From Lama glama (lineage: Eukaryota), in contig CM052816.1 of the NCBI GenBank assembly GCA_028534125.1, forward strand, positions 89,530,001 to 89,594,000: a stretch of DNA of 64,000 nt, given 5' to 3'. The notes below the pieces were generated by a model. It ran no database searches and was not told the origin of the DNA. It worked only from the letters and a program-made list of their open reading frames with translations. Position 1 is the stretch's first letter; each line of letters starts with the position of its first letter. Of this stretch, positions 26,701-39,250 are shown piece after piece. A program made the position numbers and the translations under genes.

Positions 26701-27827
26701 ACACAAAATGCTACAACTTATAAAGGGCACATTTGAGGATAACTAAAAATTAAACAAATAAGTAGATGGAAAAATAATAATGAAACATCTAAAGGAATTA
26801 CCTTGATTGAAGGAATATTGGAATTTAAGATTCAAAAATATGTATATAATCCCAGATAAATTCTGTAACTTGAGAGGTAAGAAATGATTTTACAAATTTC
26901 TAGACAATAAATTTAAATTGTAAAGAGAATAAATGGCGCTGAAATATTCATTTGCAAAATTCCAAGCTAATAGTCAATAGACCTTCTTTTAGTGACATTT
27001 GAAAAAAAAAAAAAAGAACTACAATAAAATAAATCTCTTCCTATTTAAGATAACACTCATGTGACAACTAGGCAAGGGTATTTTAAAATACTGAATGTCT
27101 CAGAAAATATAAAAGCTATGTGCCAATTATAATGAAATTCTGTTGACAAAATATTGGAGCTATAGCAGCCAACTGAAAATAAAATAAAAATGAATTTCCA
27201 CAAAAAGAAAAGACAAATTATAAAATAAATAATATACGCTTAAACATGACACAAAAATAATGATTTGTGTGTATGATATATTCACATATGAAAGTAATCA
27301 TGATAATATGATAGAAAAATAATATTTCTTACAAAATGCTTATGAAATGCATTTTACGTATCTTTAATAAGAATATACTCATGTATCAAATTTAAAGAAA
27401 ACCACATGAAACACACACACACACACACACACTGAGCTCTAGTTCTCTGCCTGACGTTTTACTGGTTTACACTGGCTGTCCAGCGTGCCCTACTCCAGCC
27501 TCACATTGAATTACTATTCATCACCATTCTTACTCTCCTTAGAATGTTTTTCCTCTAAAAGAAATTCTGTTGTCAGCTCTTAAGTTAACATTGTTTTTCT
27601 CCTGCCATTCAACCTTCAAGATGGTAAGCACTGTCTGCTGTGTATGAGGCAGGATCCAAGCTGTCCAGAATGCAAGGAATTAAAACACACAGCTCTTGCT
27701 TTCAAGGGACTTTCCATCTACTTGGGGAAACAAAGATGATATGAAATATAACTTGCCACTGAAGGCAGTGAAATGTGAGTTACTTTAGAGAGATCACTAA
27801 AAGTCATGTTATTCAAGGAAGTGGAAC

Positions 27828-28334
27828 TGTAACCGAAGGCAAGTTTGAGTGCCCGCAGCAACATGAAGTCAAACAAACTGAATCACTGGAGTTTGGAACA
27901 GAGAATGGTTTACTGCAGGGCCAAGTGAGGAGGATGGGGTGGCTCATGATCAAAAAAAAAGAAAAAAAAAAACAAACAAAAAAAACCCTCCAAACTCCCC
28001 AGGGGTTTCAGCAAAGCATATTTAAAGGCAGGTGAAGGAAAGGGATTGCAGGGTATGTGATCAGATCCTGCACAATCCTCTGGTTGGTTGATGTTGAGGG
28101 AACAACAGAGCAATTAACACTGTCAACCCCTAGGCACCAGAAGGTCTGGGGGCCACGGGCTCTTGATCATTAAGTAGTTAATTTCTTCCCTTCGGTGGTG
28201 GTTTTTAGCATCTGAAAAACTCAGGAAACATGCATGAGATTCTGTGACCTGGGTACTTCAGAGAGGAGCTGCGACAGAGGATGTGGGGGAGGGATCTGAC
28301 CCTGGAAGGCCCCACGGGGTCCTGCTGGATTACA
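27828..28334 (-). mobile_element. Solo ERV LTR (ERV1-like)
   Basis: Inverted ends tgtaaccg ... ggattaca (TG...CA), about 507 bp, GC-richer than the flanks, with a degenerate antisense poly(A) signal (ggtttactgc). Confidence 0.75.
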
Positions 28335-31300
28335 GAGTGCAATTTGACTTCAAAGCACGGAGTCCATTCCACCAGGTAAAGAGAATCAGAGAACACAGAG
28401 AATACTCCAGTTAGGAGGGGAATGAAGCAGCATAGAGAGGACAGAAGGCAACAATAGTCCTAAGAATCTAGCCAGGGAGATGTGGCGAAGCAGAGACACG
28501 GCCATTTTAATTCACTACTGAAAACACAGGAAGTATTAAGCACTGTGCTATATTTTGTGCCCCTACCACCAAATAAATAAGATATTCTACTATTAATCCT
28601 TTAATTGCTCTAGTACCAAGTTGTGGTGGAAAGAAGAATGGGTACTAAACAACCTTCAGTATTTATTTGGAGAGTTGACTCCTCACCTGTGAAATAAGAA
28701 ACACCTTGATTTGGAAAATAGCCAAATGATGGATTTCTATTTTTTTTATAATATATAGAGTAGAAGGTAATTCTAAATATTGTGTTTTTTTAATAATGAC
28801 TTTATTTTTATCATTAACTACTAAATTGGTAATGACAGATTTATTTAAAGTTAAAAACCAGAGTGCAGATGGTAATTTTTAAATTACAGCATTTAAAAGT
28901 GGTATTACCCTAAAATAAGAACAAAAACATGGCATGTTTTCTCATTAAAATGTAGTTTTTCCTACAACCATCTTCTCTTTAAATTGTGATAGATAAAGTT
29001 TTCATTTTAGTAGCGAAAAATCCCCCCAAAATTCAGCTTCTTAGCCAAATAGCTATAGCAAAAGACAGATAGCAATAATGCATGAAGTCTCTGAGTCTAG
29101 GCTTACCCGGGGGTCTGTGCATACAATACCTTTGTTCATTCATTTTGCAATAGTAAAGTTTAGCTTAATCCACCATAAAATCACCATTAGTCAACAAGTC
29201 TGTTCTGCCTCGTGATCTTTATGCTGCCTCTTGAGAGACCAGGTTTTATTTGATGCAAGGAGATTTGCCAGACTAACTCCTAGGCTTAACTCCAATTGTC
29301 AAGCGCATTTGTAAATCTTACAGATTTTATTCAGAAGGAGAAAGAGATCGCTTTTAACTTTGTGTGTATTTGTATCTCTGGTTGCAGGGCTGTACATCAC
29401 ACTTAATGCGACCTTCAGATTGAAAATCCTTCTGATTTTCTTCATAATTTGCTACCAAGAACGTCTGCTTACTTACATTTGTCTCTAGGTTTTCTTCTTT
29501 AGATATGCTTTTCCCACTTCTATAGACATTCTCATCCTTTAAAAATGAGTGGGTCCAGCTAGCACGTTCTTTTTAAAATAATGAATAAACTCCACCAAAA
29601 AAATGACTGTTTAAAATTATATTAAATGAAAGATTCGATGGACTTTTCACTTTCACCCCATTGCAGCATTTTGAAGATTTTGTTATTCCCTTGGTTTTAT
29701 TACTTTTTATATTTAATTTGTAATTTTATTTTTAAAAATGAAGTTCATGTTATTTGTAAGTTTTATGATTTTTAGCAAAATACTGAATAGCCATTGTCAG
29801 AAAATATATTTTTTCGTTGTGGCTCTTTGGGTTTGGTGAATGAATATCTAACTTTAAATTTACTTTGCATTGATTTTAAAATAAGAAATATTCTCAAGTT
29901 TGCCAATGTAGCTCTTAAAAAGATGACTTTGGGGGTCTTTTTCAGATTTCGCAGTCCTCTGGTAGGCAAATGCAATTATTTAATTTGATACGTACTGAGA
30001 AACCATGAAGGATTTTGTGTTTATTTTGTATTTCTTTGGCATTGTCAGATCCCTAGTCAAAATAAACATAAAATCTTTTCTCATTTTCCCATCATTTATT
30101 TTTGTCCTTCAAATGAGAACTCACAGCTGGTGGTATAATGTGCTTAATTTTCTCTATGGATTATAAGCATTTAAAATTCTGTTTTTATCCACAGGGCTTC
30201 AAGAGATCATTTAGAGTTTTCCCCCATTCCTAAATAAGATAGCACACACATAGTCTGTCCTGAGAATATAGTTGCAAATGACGCCTCAGACATCCTCTAG
30301 TGGGTGTGGGATCAGCCGTGCCCAGAGTCACTACTGTCAGTCATGAGGCTGTGACACTTTGTTTTTGTTCCGCTGTAGATCTCCTTTCTCTCGGTTCTCA
30401 CTTACTAGCGTTTATCCAGTCATCCTTGGTAGGATCACAATGTCCTTTCTGGAAAGGCAGGGACTCAAAGCTTGACTACTGAGAAGGCAAACAGTCTGTA
30501 CGCCATCATGACCCCAAAATGGGAAAGTGTGACTTGCAAGTGTAGTGATTTCTTTTAATGAGCTTTTTGCTCTACATCAAAACAAACAAACAAACAAACA
30601 TGCTTTTGTTTTCTCCTTAGTGATTTCAACCTCTGTTGATATTAATTTTTTTACATATATATATAAAATATATATATTTTTACATATATATAATATATAA
30701 TATATATTTTTTCAAATGGATTTGTCAGCCCACACTGTAGCACCTTTTTAGACTCCTACTTACAGTGACAGCAAAAGAAATAAACAAAAAAATCCAGCTG
30801 ATATATATTTTAAGCAATAAAAATATTGCTCATTTTACCATTCCATGCCACTTTGTTTTGCTTTTCTACTGTGAAAATGTAGGTTACACCCTTCTGCCTG
30901 AATTTCTCCCTTGCTCAGAATCACATAATGCTGAAGAACCCATCTACTCTTCCCTCTGCCTTAAGGCAGGGGAAACTTTAAAAACAGGATTTTAAGTAAT
31001 TTTAAAAACAGGATTATGTGTTCACTTTTTAAAGCTCTCTAAGGATGTGTCTTTACAGTTTCCTTCAATGTTTATAAATATCGTGACTCCAAACATAATT
31101 TATTGTACTTTGACTCATCCATTGCCTACTAAAAATATAGGATTTGTTAAAGGTACGTGATAAATAATGGGTAGAGGGTTTCTCTTGAAGTTCATAGTCC
31201 TTTTTTTTTTTTTTTTTTTGGTAAGCTGCTGCTCGTATCTTCCACAGTTTCTGCAATTATTATATTGTTGTGATATGCTTATGAAGTGTCTCGAATTTGG

Positions 31301-34300
31301 GGTTGGGTTTCTATTTTTAAAAGCTTCTTTTTTCTTCTTTATCACCCTTTTCACCTTAATTAACCCTCATGCAAATTTATGTTTGTTGTTCATGAGCAGA
31401 GTCGCTGATATTCTTCAAGATTCATATTTTTGTTTTATGTGTATTTATGTTCTTTTTTAAAGTTATTAATATACAGGGTCTAGTATACATAGATGGATAT
31501 ACTTGATCGAAAAGAAGGACTGAGAGGTTTTCAAATGTATTTTTAATATGTTGATGATAGATGGGAGCTTCTTTTCGGGAAGAGATGTTTTCCTGCTGGC
31601 AGTGGGAAATAGGGCTTAAAAGAAAATGGAAAATAAACTTAGAAGAGTTACTCTATGGCATTGGATAAAATATTGATATTAATAAATTGATTCCTAATCT
31701 CCTTTAAGAACATAGTCAAAGTTATCTTGTATTCCTTGGTGGGGTCACTTAAGATGGTTATAACTATTTACCAGCATTATTTGTAAATCTGAAAGCAGAA
31801 ACTTTAGACAATGGTTGTGTTTATCTGAGATTTAAAAATAATCAAGGGGAATTGTGGCAGATGGTCGAAGGGGTGACTTTCCATGGTGTAAATAGGAACA
31901 TAATGACATATTGGACTGTGCCTTTGTGGTTTGGCAGAGACACAAGTGAGGCCAGGAGGATGTTCACAAACAAAGGAACAGGCAGAATCAGCCTGAAAAT
32001 TGAGATTATGGCAACCCTGGGATTAAAAGAAGGGGAAGTCAAGAAACAGGAGAAAAAGAATAAACCTTCGGTAGAGATGAGAAGGCGATCAAGAGAGATT
32101 CATCCATTTTGGTTTTAATTTCTTAATACATGTCAACATAGCAAGGGGACTGTAACAGAAGACAAGTTCCTGCTGAGTATATTTCAAATCATTATTTATC
32201 AAGTACCTATTATGTGAAAGGATCTTTGCAGGAAAAGAAAAGAACATTGTTTCCTGCAGGAGCTCTGATAATAATTAAATTATGAATGGAACTTATTGCT
32301 GCTGGAAGACCAGAATAAATGAAAACAATGTGAAGCCAGGCATATTTATCTGTCTGGTGGAAGTTAATTTCTATTTTCTAGCTTTTTGTTCCAGACAAAT
32401 TTTTTTTTTAAGTTTAGTCCAATTAGAGATCCACATCTGAAGACCTCAGACATTTCTGCTGTTGTGAAGGACTTGGAAATAAGACTTTAATAGTCTGCTG
32501 GGCTAGGCTTGAGATAAAGTTTATCTTTGTGCCTACGTTATCAAATAAGGGATCCGTTGAAATAGCAGGCGGTGTATGGCATCCAATAATCTAAGAATTT
32601 TGAAGAACATATGATTTTAATACCTTCCAAGATGTAACTTTGAACTTTAATATAGGATTTGTTTTTGGCCCAGGGAGTATCTTAAAAGCATGTCTTATTT
32701 TAACATGAACTGCACCACAGTTTATGAAAGTAGCACAGAGATTAGAACCTCTTAAGATCTTTTAAAATATTGAACAAAGAAATAATAGAGCACATGCTAC
32801 TAGTTCAAGAAAATTATATCTGAGTTTTAGAAGCACTTTGTTTCTTGCATTATACTGTTGTATTCTGTAGGCTTCTGTCCCCGTAGAAATATAGAAATTA
32901 GAAGTGTACCTATCCATCCAAACTTAAATTTTAATATAAATATTTTTTGTGCATAATTCCCCCCCAAATTGCCAGTGATGAAACCCCTGGACTTCTTACA
33001 GCTACAAACATAAGTTTTTGTCATTATTATGGTTTTTCAAAGCACTCCAAATTTTAATTCTTTCACAGTCATCATGATGATATTTTTAAATATCTCCGTG
33101 AATCAGCACTTACATATCTGGATGACAGCCTCTCTGCTTCCTCCTATATATGCCCAGATCCTTTTCTGAACAAGAAATGGGATATATAACAAAATGAGTA
33201 ATGCACTGTCCTCTGTTTTGAAAGATTAAAACCCATTCAAGACTATTTCCACATCACATTGAAGATACAGTTGCTGGGAATGTTAGGAGTTATACCGATT
33301 ATACTCAGAAAGACGTTAATTACTAAGTGAGGTTCCAAAACTTTCTGTGCAATTTCTAAGGCACTTTGGGTACCTAAATTCATATAAAGCATGTAGAATT
33401 CTCTCACTCTTTGTTTCAAAGACCCTACATATGACATATTTTTCTAACTCTTTTATCATCACAGTCAAGTTTTTCTAAACTGGGTTTAAGTATCACTTTT
33501 AAGGTACCCAAACTTATGCCCAGTATTCTAGTGAAGTCTTATTATTTGAAAATAATAGATGTTACTGAAGAGAACTCCCGTATGATACTTTTCAAAGTTT
33601 ACTCTATCCTACATCTTTATTTCGTGTCTTCTTGTTAGTTTAAGATCTTTGTGCTATCTGTTTAGAATCTCCTTGAGTCCTAATCCAGTACATTAGCTTA
33701 GCTTCCAAGTGTTCTGTAACCTTCTGTCTTCATTTGAACACTTAAGAGTTAGAATTAGAACCACATTATCAGAGATTGTCCTTTATTTGACATTAATACT
33801 GAGCAGTTCTCATCCACAGACTTTACATCCTGCTATGGTTCCCTGTGTTCAACTCATATTAGTTTTTTTATTCACTTTAAACGTCGTCTTTCAAGTTCAG
33901 GGATTTGTTGTTGCTCTTGTCACCTAATATTGCAGTTTCAGCAAGATGGAGTTTATTCTCATATATATGTATATATATTTTTCCTTATCTGTTTCATTTT
34001 TGTTCAAAGGTTTCTTGTTCAGTTTCAGTGAGTCTGCTGCCAAGTACATTTTTTGCAGTTGCAGTGAGGTACACAGTATCCCCTGTCAAGAGCTCTTTAT
34101 TCTCCTGTGCTAAGCCTTTCTAAGTAGGAAGCTCTTCGCTTCCTGAATCCTCTTTTCTTTTCAAAAGTTAAACCTTCAGCCGGAAAAACAAAAGAGCATT
34201 TTCATGTCTCCATGTCTAAGAGCTTTCTGTCTGAGAACTTAAAGTGTGCTAGAAACATAGTCTGGCCCTCTTCTCATTTCTGATCATACTTCTGATTGCA

Positions 34301-35137
34301 TTTCCAGTCATTATCTTTGAAAAGAGCATGCTTCCTGATGTAAAAAAGGAATGTGAAGTGGACACTAGGCTAGAGCCATAGAGGGAGCCCTTCTACACTG
34401 CATGTTATCATGTCATTCCACACGTTATGATGTCTCCTGAGACAGGGACCAGTGTCTTACATCTTTTCCTCGGAGGAGCAGCAGTGAGATTCTCAGACAC
34501 TTGTGCCTGTGAATACTTGTTCATACCTTTTCCTTAGGTGAAGAAATTGTGCATATAGGCAAGCTTATCTTCATCATGGTGCAACATCCTACAACTGATA
34601 GATGTGTTTACTTAAAGGTCAAGTGTTCTGGGAGACTACCTGTGACCATTGTCCTCCTAAAACCACAGGGGAGTCTCCTCTTTTCCTCTTATTACTCTGA
34701 AACCTTTCAGAGTAGGCAATTGATATACTTTTTTAAAAAGTTATCTTCTACCAGGTAAGGAAATATTTTTAATAAATTATTAGATAATTTGCTTATGCTC
34801 TGTAACAAACCTTCAACAACTCATATATGTGTGTGTATGTATGTATATATGTGTATATACAGGTTTTATTTACATATATAACATACATCATTCATGTGTC
34901 TGATATCTGTATTATGTTGAATATTTGAGAACGTGGTTGTCTTTCTGTTCTAATTTGGCACTGTACAATCAAGAAAATGTAGCTGTGGGGTATTGTATCA
35001 TGACTGTCATAAACATGCTCTTAAGTAACAGAACTCCAGTTTTCAGAATAAAAGCGATTGATATGAGAAAAAGAATCCCTAAAAGTAATTGTCTAATGAT
35101 TTACTAACTTTTTAGTGGAAGTAATTAAATCACAGTT

Positions 35138-35495
35138 GTGGTAGCAGGTTGGAGTCTCTGGGAAGCAGGCTCCAAACTGGAGTTTAGAAGGCAGGGTGTT
35201 TACGGGAGGGTGCCCTTGGGATCGACATCTGTGGACCAGAGTGGAAGAAAGAGAAAGAATGAGAAACTGAGCTGTGATCCCGGCTGACCCAGTAGGAAAG
35301 CTCTGGAAGTAAACTTGCCCTTCAGTAGTGCCTGCATTCAGTAGAAATACCTCAACCTTTATGTCCTTGCAGCAATGAGTCATTGGTTGTGTGCTGCTCC
35401 ATAAGACTATGACCTTGGGCCAGGTCGCAATCTACAGCGAGGACAACAGGTCGCTCCATGAAGAGGTGCTGAGCAGCACATCCAAGCGTGCGCCA
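35138..35495 (-). mobile_element. ERVL LTR (LTR16-like)
   Basis: tgtggtagcaggttggagtctctgggaagcagg...ggagtttagaaggcagggtgtttac...gggatcgacatctgtgg resembles an antisense LTR16 end. Confidence 0.6.
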
Positions 35496-36431
35496 AAGGG
35501 GTCTTTTAGCCAGCAGATGGGGAATGAGGAATACCGATGCTCAGATAAACATGCACTGTGTGCTCCCGAGGCCACCAAGACCAGTGAAGTGAACTGGAGG
35601 AGAAGAGGCAGTATGACACGGTGCTTTTGAGCAACGTTCTAGATGTACTGGGGTTGCAGCTTGATTATTCAGTACCCCTGTGACTTGGGGCATTTTACCC
35701 TCTGGGACGCGGGTCATTTATTTTTAAATTATGATTTCTAGTAAAAATGATTTCCCCTAAAATGGAAGGAATTTAACATCCTCTCCCTCAGAGGGTTGTG
35801 CACATTGATCAAAATATATCATGCAGTCATTTACTATAGTACATAGCTGTTAAAAAGCACATAAAAATGGAATTAACTATTATATTCCTCATTAACTTTC
35901 CCATGGTGTGCCCACTATAACAGGAATGTTTCAAATGAGTCTAAAACACTTTATCAATTTGTCTGGTGTCTCCATAAATATATTATCTGTATCAGTGGCT
36001 CTTAAGCACTTTTGTATAGTAACGTCTCCAGAATAGTTTGCTGAAAATATAGATGTCTCTTTCTATTGTTTATATTCAGAGTCACCAGGTTTGGGGTAGA
36101 CCTCTGGCTCACCCCGAAGTTTGGCATCCACATGTCCTTTTATATCCTTTGACTATTATGTCTACGCCCCGAATGCTTACTGCTTCCTGCCTCTTCTGTC
36201 ATCCACTCTTGCCCCTTCCCTTTGGTCCAGGCTCTGTTAATTTTCCACATAGGTTTCTCAATTTGAGAACCGGTGTTCATTACTCATTAATAATCTCTCT
36301 TTCATGTTCCTGTGTCCATTTCATAAATGGAGAAAACAAATCTTACATGCCCATTGTATCCATTAAAGGAAATGTGAATCTTGAATGGCGGCTTTACTAA
36401 GTACATTTTGTTCTGCTTATGTCTGTCATAG

Positions 36432-36683
36432 ATAACACAGCCAGCATTCTGACAAGGCGGAGGAGATTTAGTCGAACTATTCAGGATGTGTATTATCTCC
36501 CCATTATGATCTCTGATGGTGGAATCCCCTCTCTCAGCAGCAGCAGCACCCTCACCATCAGGGTTTGTGCATGCGAGAGAGATGGGCGTGTGCGGACCTG
36601 CCATGCAGAAGCCTTCCTGTCCTCGGCTGGCTTGAGTACAGGAGCCTTAATCGCTATCCTTCTGTGTGTTGTCATTCTCCTGG
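36432..36683 (+). CDS. CDH18: Cadherin-18 coding exon (end of EC5 and most of the transmembrane helix), 252 bp
   Basis: Acceptor gtctgtcatag| and donor G|gtaagt. Encodes (D)NTASILTRRRRFSRTIQDVYYLPIMISDGGIPSLSSSSTLTIRVCACERDGRVRTCHAEAFLSSAGLSTGALIAILLCVVILL, which lies within ORF 36419..36697. Confidence 0.97.
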
Positions 36684-38884
36684 GTAAGTCATTCTGAATC
36701 CTATTGTGACTGTACCCTATGGTGGTGCGTTAGAAAAGAGAGAAAGACGACAGAGAAGGAGAGTCATTTTGACAAAACTTTAGAATGAGAATGCATTATG
36801 TGATGACAATGCCTACACTGATTTTCTTTTCATTAACTTTCTCACTACCTTAGATAATCTAGAAATAGTTTGGTTCAAACGTGATGAAAGACTTGAAATA
36901 CCAGAAGAAGGCATGGAATAAGAGAAATCTTTTGAAAAGGATTTATTTTAGAAAGAATTGATATTAAATATTCTAAATCTCATAATGAATGGGCTTTTGC
37001 AATTTATTTCGAAGAACCTTAGTGGCATTATTCTACAACAAAGCTGAACAACAGATAAGAAGAATGAATTTCTTGTACAAATTTCTGTGAATCTAAAATA
37101 TTAGTTGATCATCAATCTTCACTGAATTTTAAAGGAATAAGCCTAAATAACCTTGGTCTCAGAGATACAAAATTTTATTAAATTAAAAATTATACAATTT
37201 TTAGTTTATTTTTGTATTACTTTCATTTTAATAGAACTAAGATATTTTCTTTAATTGTATGTTATCTTTTTAATAGTTGAAATCTCATCACAACTGCATT
37301 TAAAGCTAATATTACCCTAAGCTCTTTAGAATTGCTTTGCAAAACAAGACAGCAAATCCAGATTTTTATAAGAAAGAGACATATAAAAAATCTTTTGCTT
37401 TATAATTTAAAATGGGTACATATGTATTTTTCAAATGTGTCCTCTTTACCGTTCTCTTAGCAGCCTTATCTTTTGCTCTTTTCTTGCTACTGTACAAACA
37501 TAAAAACAAACAAACAAATATACTATGTACTTTTGTGAGACAGAGATATTCTTGCAAGAAACATCCTTTGCTTCATTCCTGGCTTAGGAGGCAAATCACT
37601 TGTGTAGTGGAGCAGAGATCAAGGCGGAATGAGACTGAGAAGTGGAAAGGGTGTTTAGGCAGGGGTGCGGCAGGTCAGGGCTTCCTTGGGCATGACAGAA
37701 TGGTGGGCTTTGTTCTAGGAATGTAAGGACAAGTTCAAAGCAAGAGTGTCCTACCATCCAATTTTCATGTTGAAAAAAGATGACTGTGAACGAAGTAGAG
37801 AACAGATCTCATGATGGCAAGAGAGCATCTAGGCAAACCGGTTAGGGATATGAATTTGCTCACTCAGACATAACATAATTTGGACCAGCATCCTTAGAGT
37901 GCAGTTGAAGAAAGGGAGATAATGTCAAGATATTTTAGGTGAAATCAAAAGAGATCTTGTACAATATGATGCAAATCGCAGGATGCAAATATTTGCCAAA
38001 ATCTCCACTGAATGTTTACTGGAATTACCTGAGATTCCATTTGAAAACTGCAGTGTTAATTATTTCATGTCATTGAACAAATATTTAATGTTTATGACAT
38101 GGTATCTTTTCTTGAAACAGGTTTCCAGAGGCTAAAAATAAAATAGCCAAAAATTAAAAAAAAAAAAGTGATCTTGGATAAACTGGATAGAAGACTGAGC
38201 ATCAAAGTGGACTGCTCATCTCTTGCAGAGTGCGGGCCCTGACTTTCCTTGGGCTGGGGGACACGGGAAGTGCATTTTATTGAAGTCACCACAGCAAGAG
38301 AATAAAAAGATAGATTAGAACTGAGCTGCGAGGAGCTCCAGTGAGATCACTTAGTCAAGAAGGATGAGAGAGCAGGCAGCAAAGGAGAAATCACAGAAGA
38401 AGGAGGAAAATTAGTAACGTGTACTGTCCTAAAAGTCAAAGGAAATAACTATATCGAAGGGGTATAGTCAACTATATTAAAAGCTGCTCAAAAGTGAAGC
38501 AAATTGCATAGCAAAAAGCATCAGTTGCACTTAGCAATGTGGAGCTCAGAGGTTTGAGGCACTGTAACAAGAACTATTGGACGACAGTATTGCCTTTTGT
38601 AGTAGATCATGGAGGAGAAGGCAGCCAGGAAAATTAGGCTTTATTGATTCTGTTTATTTATATATTGATTATTTATATATCCAATATTATTTCAGAATTA
38701 CAAGTGACATTCTGAGTCTGTGGGCTAGATACTTTCTGAATGAGAATATAAAACCTTACAATGTAATGAAAAATATAAATTATATAGAGAGAGATTGCTG
38801 TTCTCTTTAGACGTTAACAAATTACTTTTTCCTTTGAAAATTAAAACCAAAGATTGCAATCACGGCTACAAAAAAAAAAAAAAA

Positions 38885-39250
38885 AAGATTGTGGTTTCCA
38901 GGGGCTTGGGGAGAGGGAGGGAGGGAGGAATGAATAGACGGAGCACAAGGGGTTTTTAGGGCAATGAAATTATTCTGTACGATACTATAGTGGTGGCTAC
39001 ATGTCATTATGCATTTGTCAAAACCCATAGAATGTACAACATCAAGAATAAACCCTAATGTAAACTGTGGACTTTGGTTGATAATAATGTGCCCATGATG
39101 GTTCATCGACTGTACCAAATACGCCACACTGATGAGGGATGCTGAGGGTAGGGGAGTGTATATGTGTGGGTGGGGAGGGCTATGTGCGAACTCTCTGTAT
39201 TTTCTGCTGTGAACCTGAAACTGCTCTAAAAAAATAAAGACTATTAATGA
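38885..39250 (+). mobile_element. L1MC-like 3' end
   Basis: gtggtttccaggggcttgggg...atgtcattatgcatttgtcaaaacccatagaatgtacaaca...aaccctaatgtaaactgtggactttgg...gtgaacctgaaactgctctaaaaaaataaag. Confidence 0.85.

Noticed and set aside
30645..31015. TA-rich quasi-palindrome and a 15-bp direct repeat (tttaaaaacaggatt at 30977 and 31001)
   Set aside because: Ordinary slippage products in AT-rich DNA.
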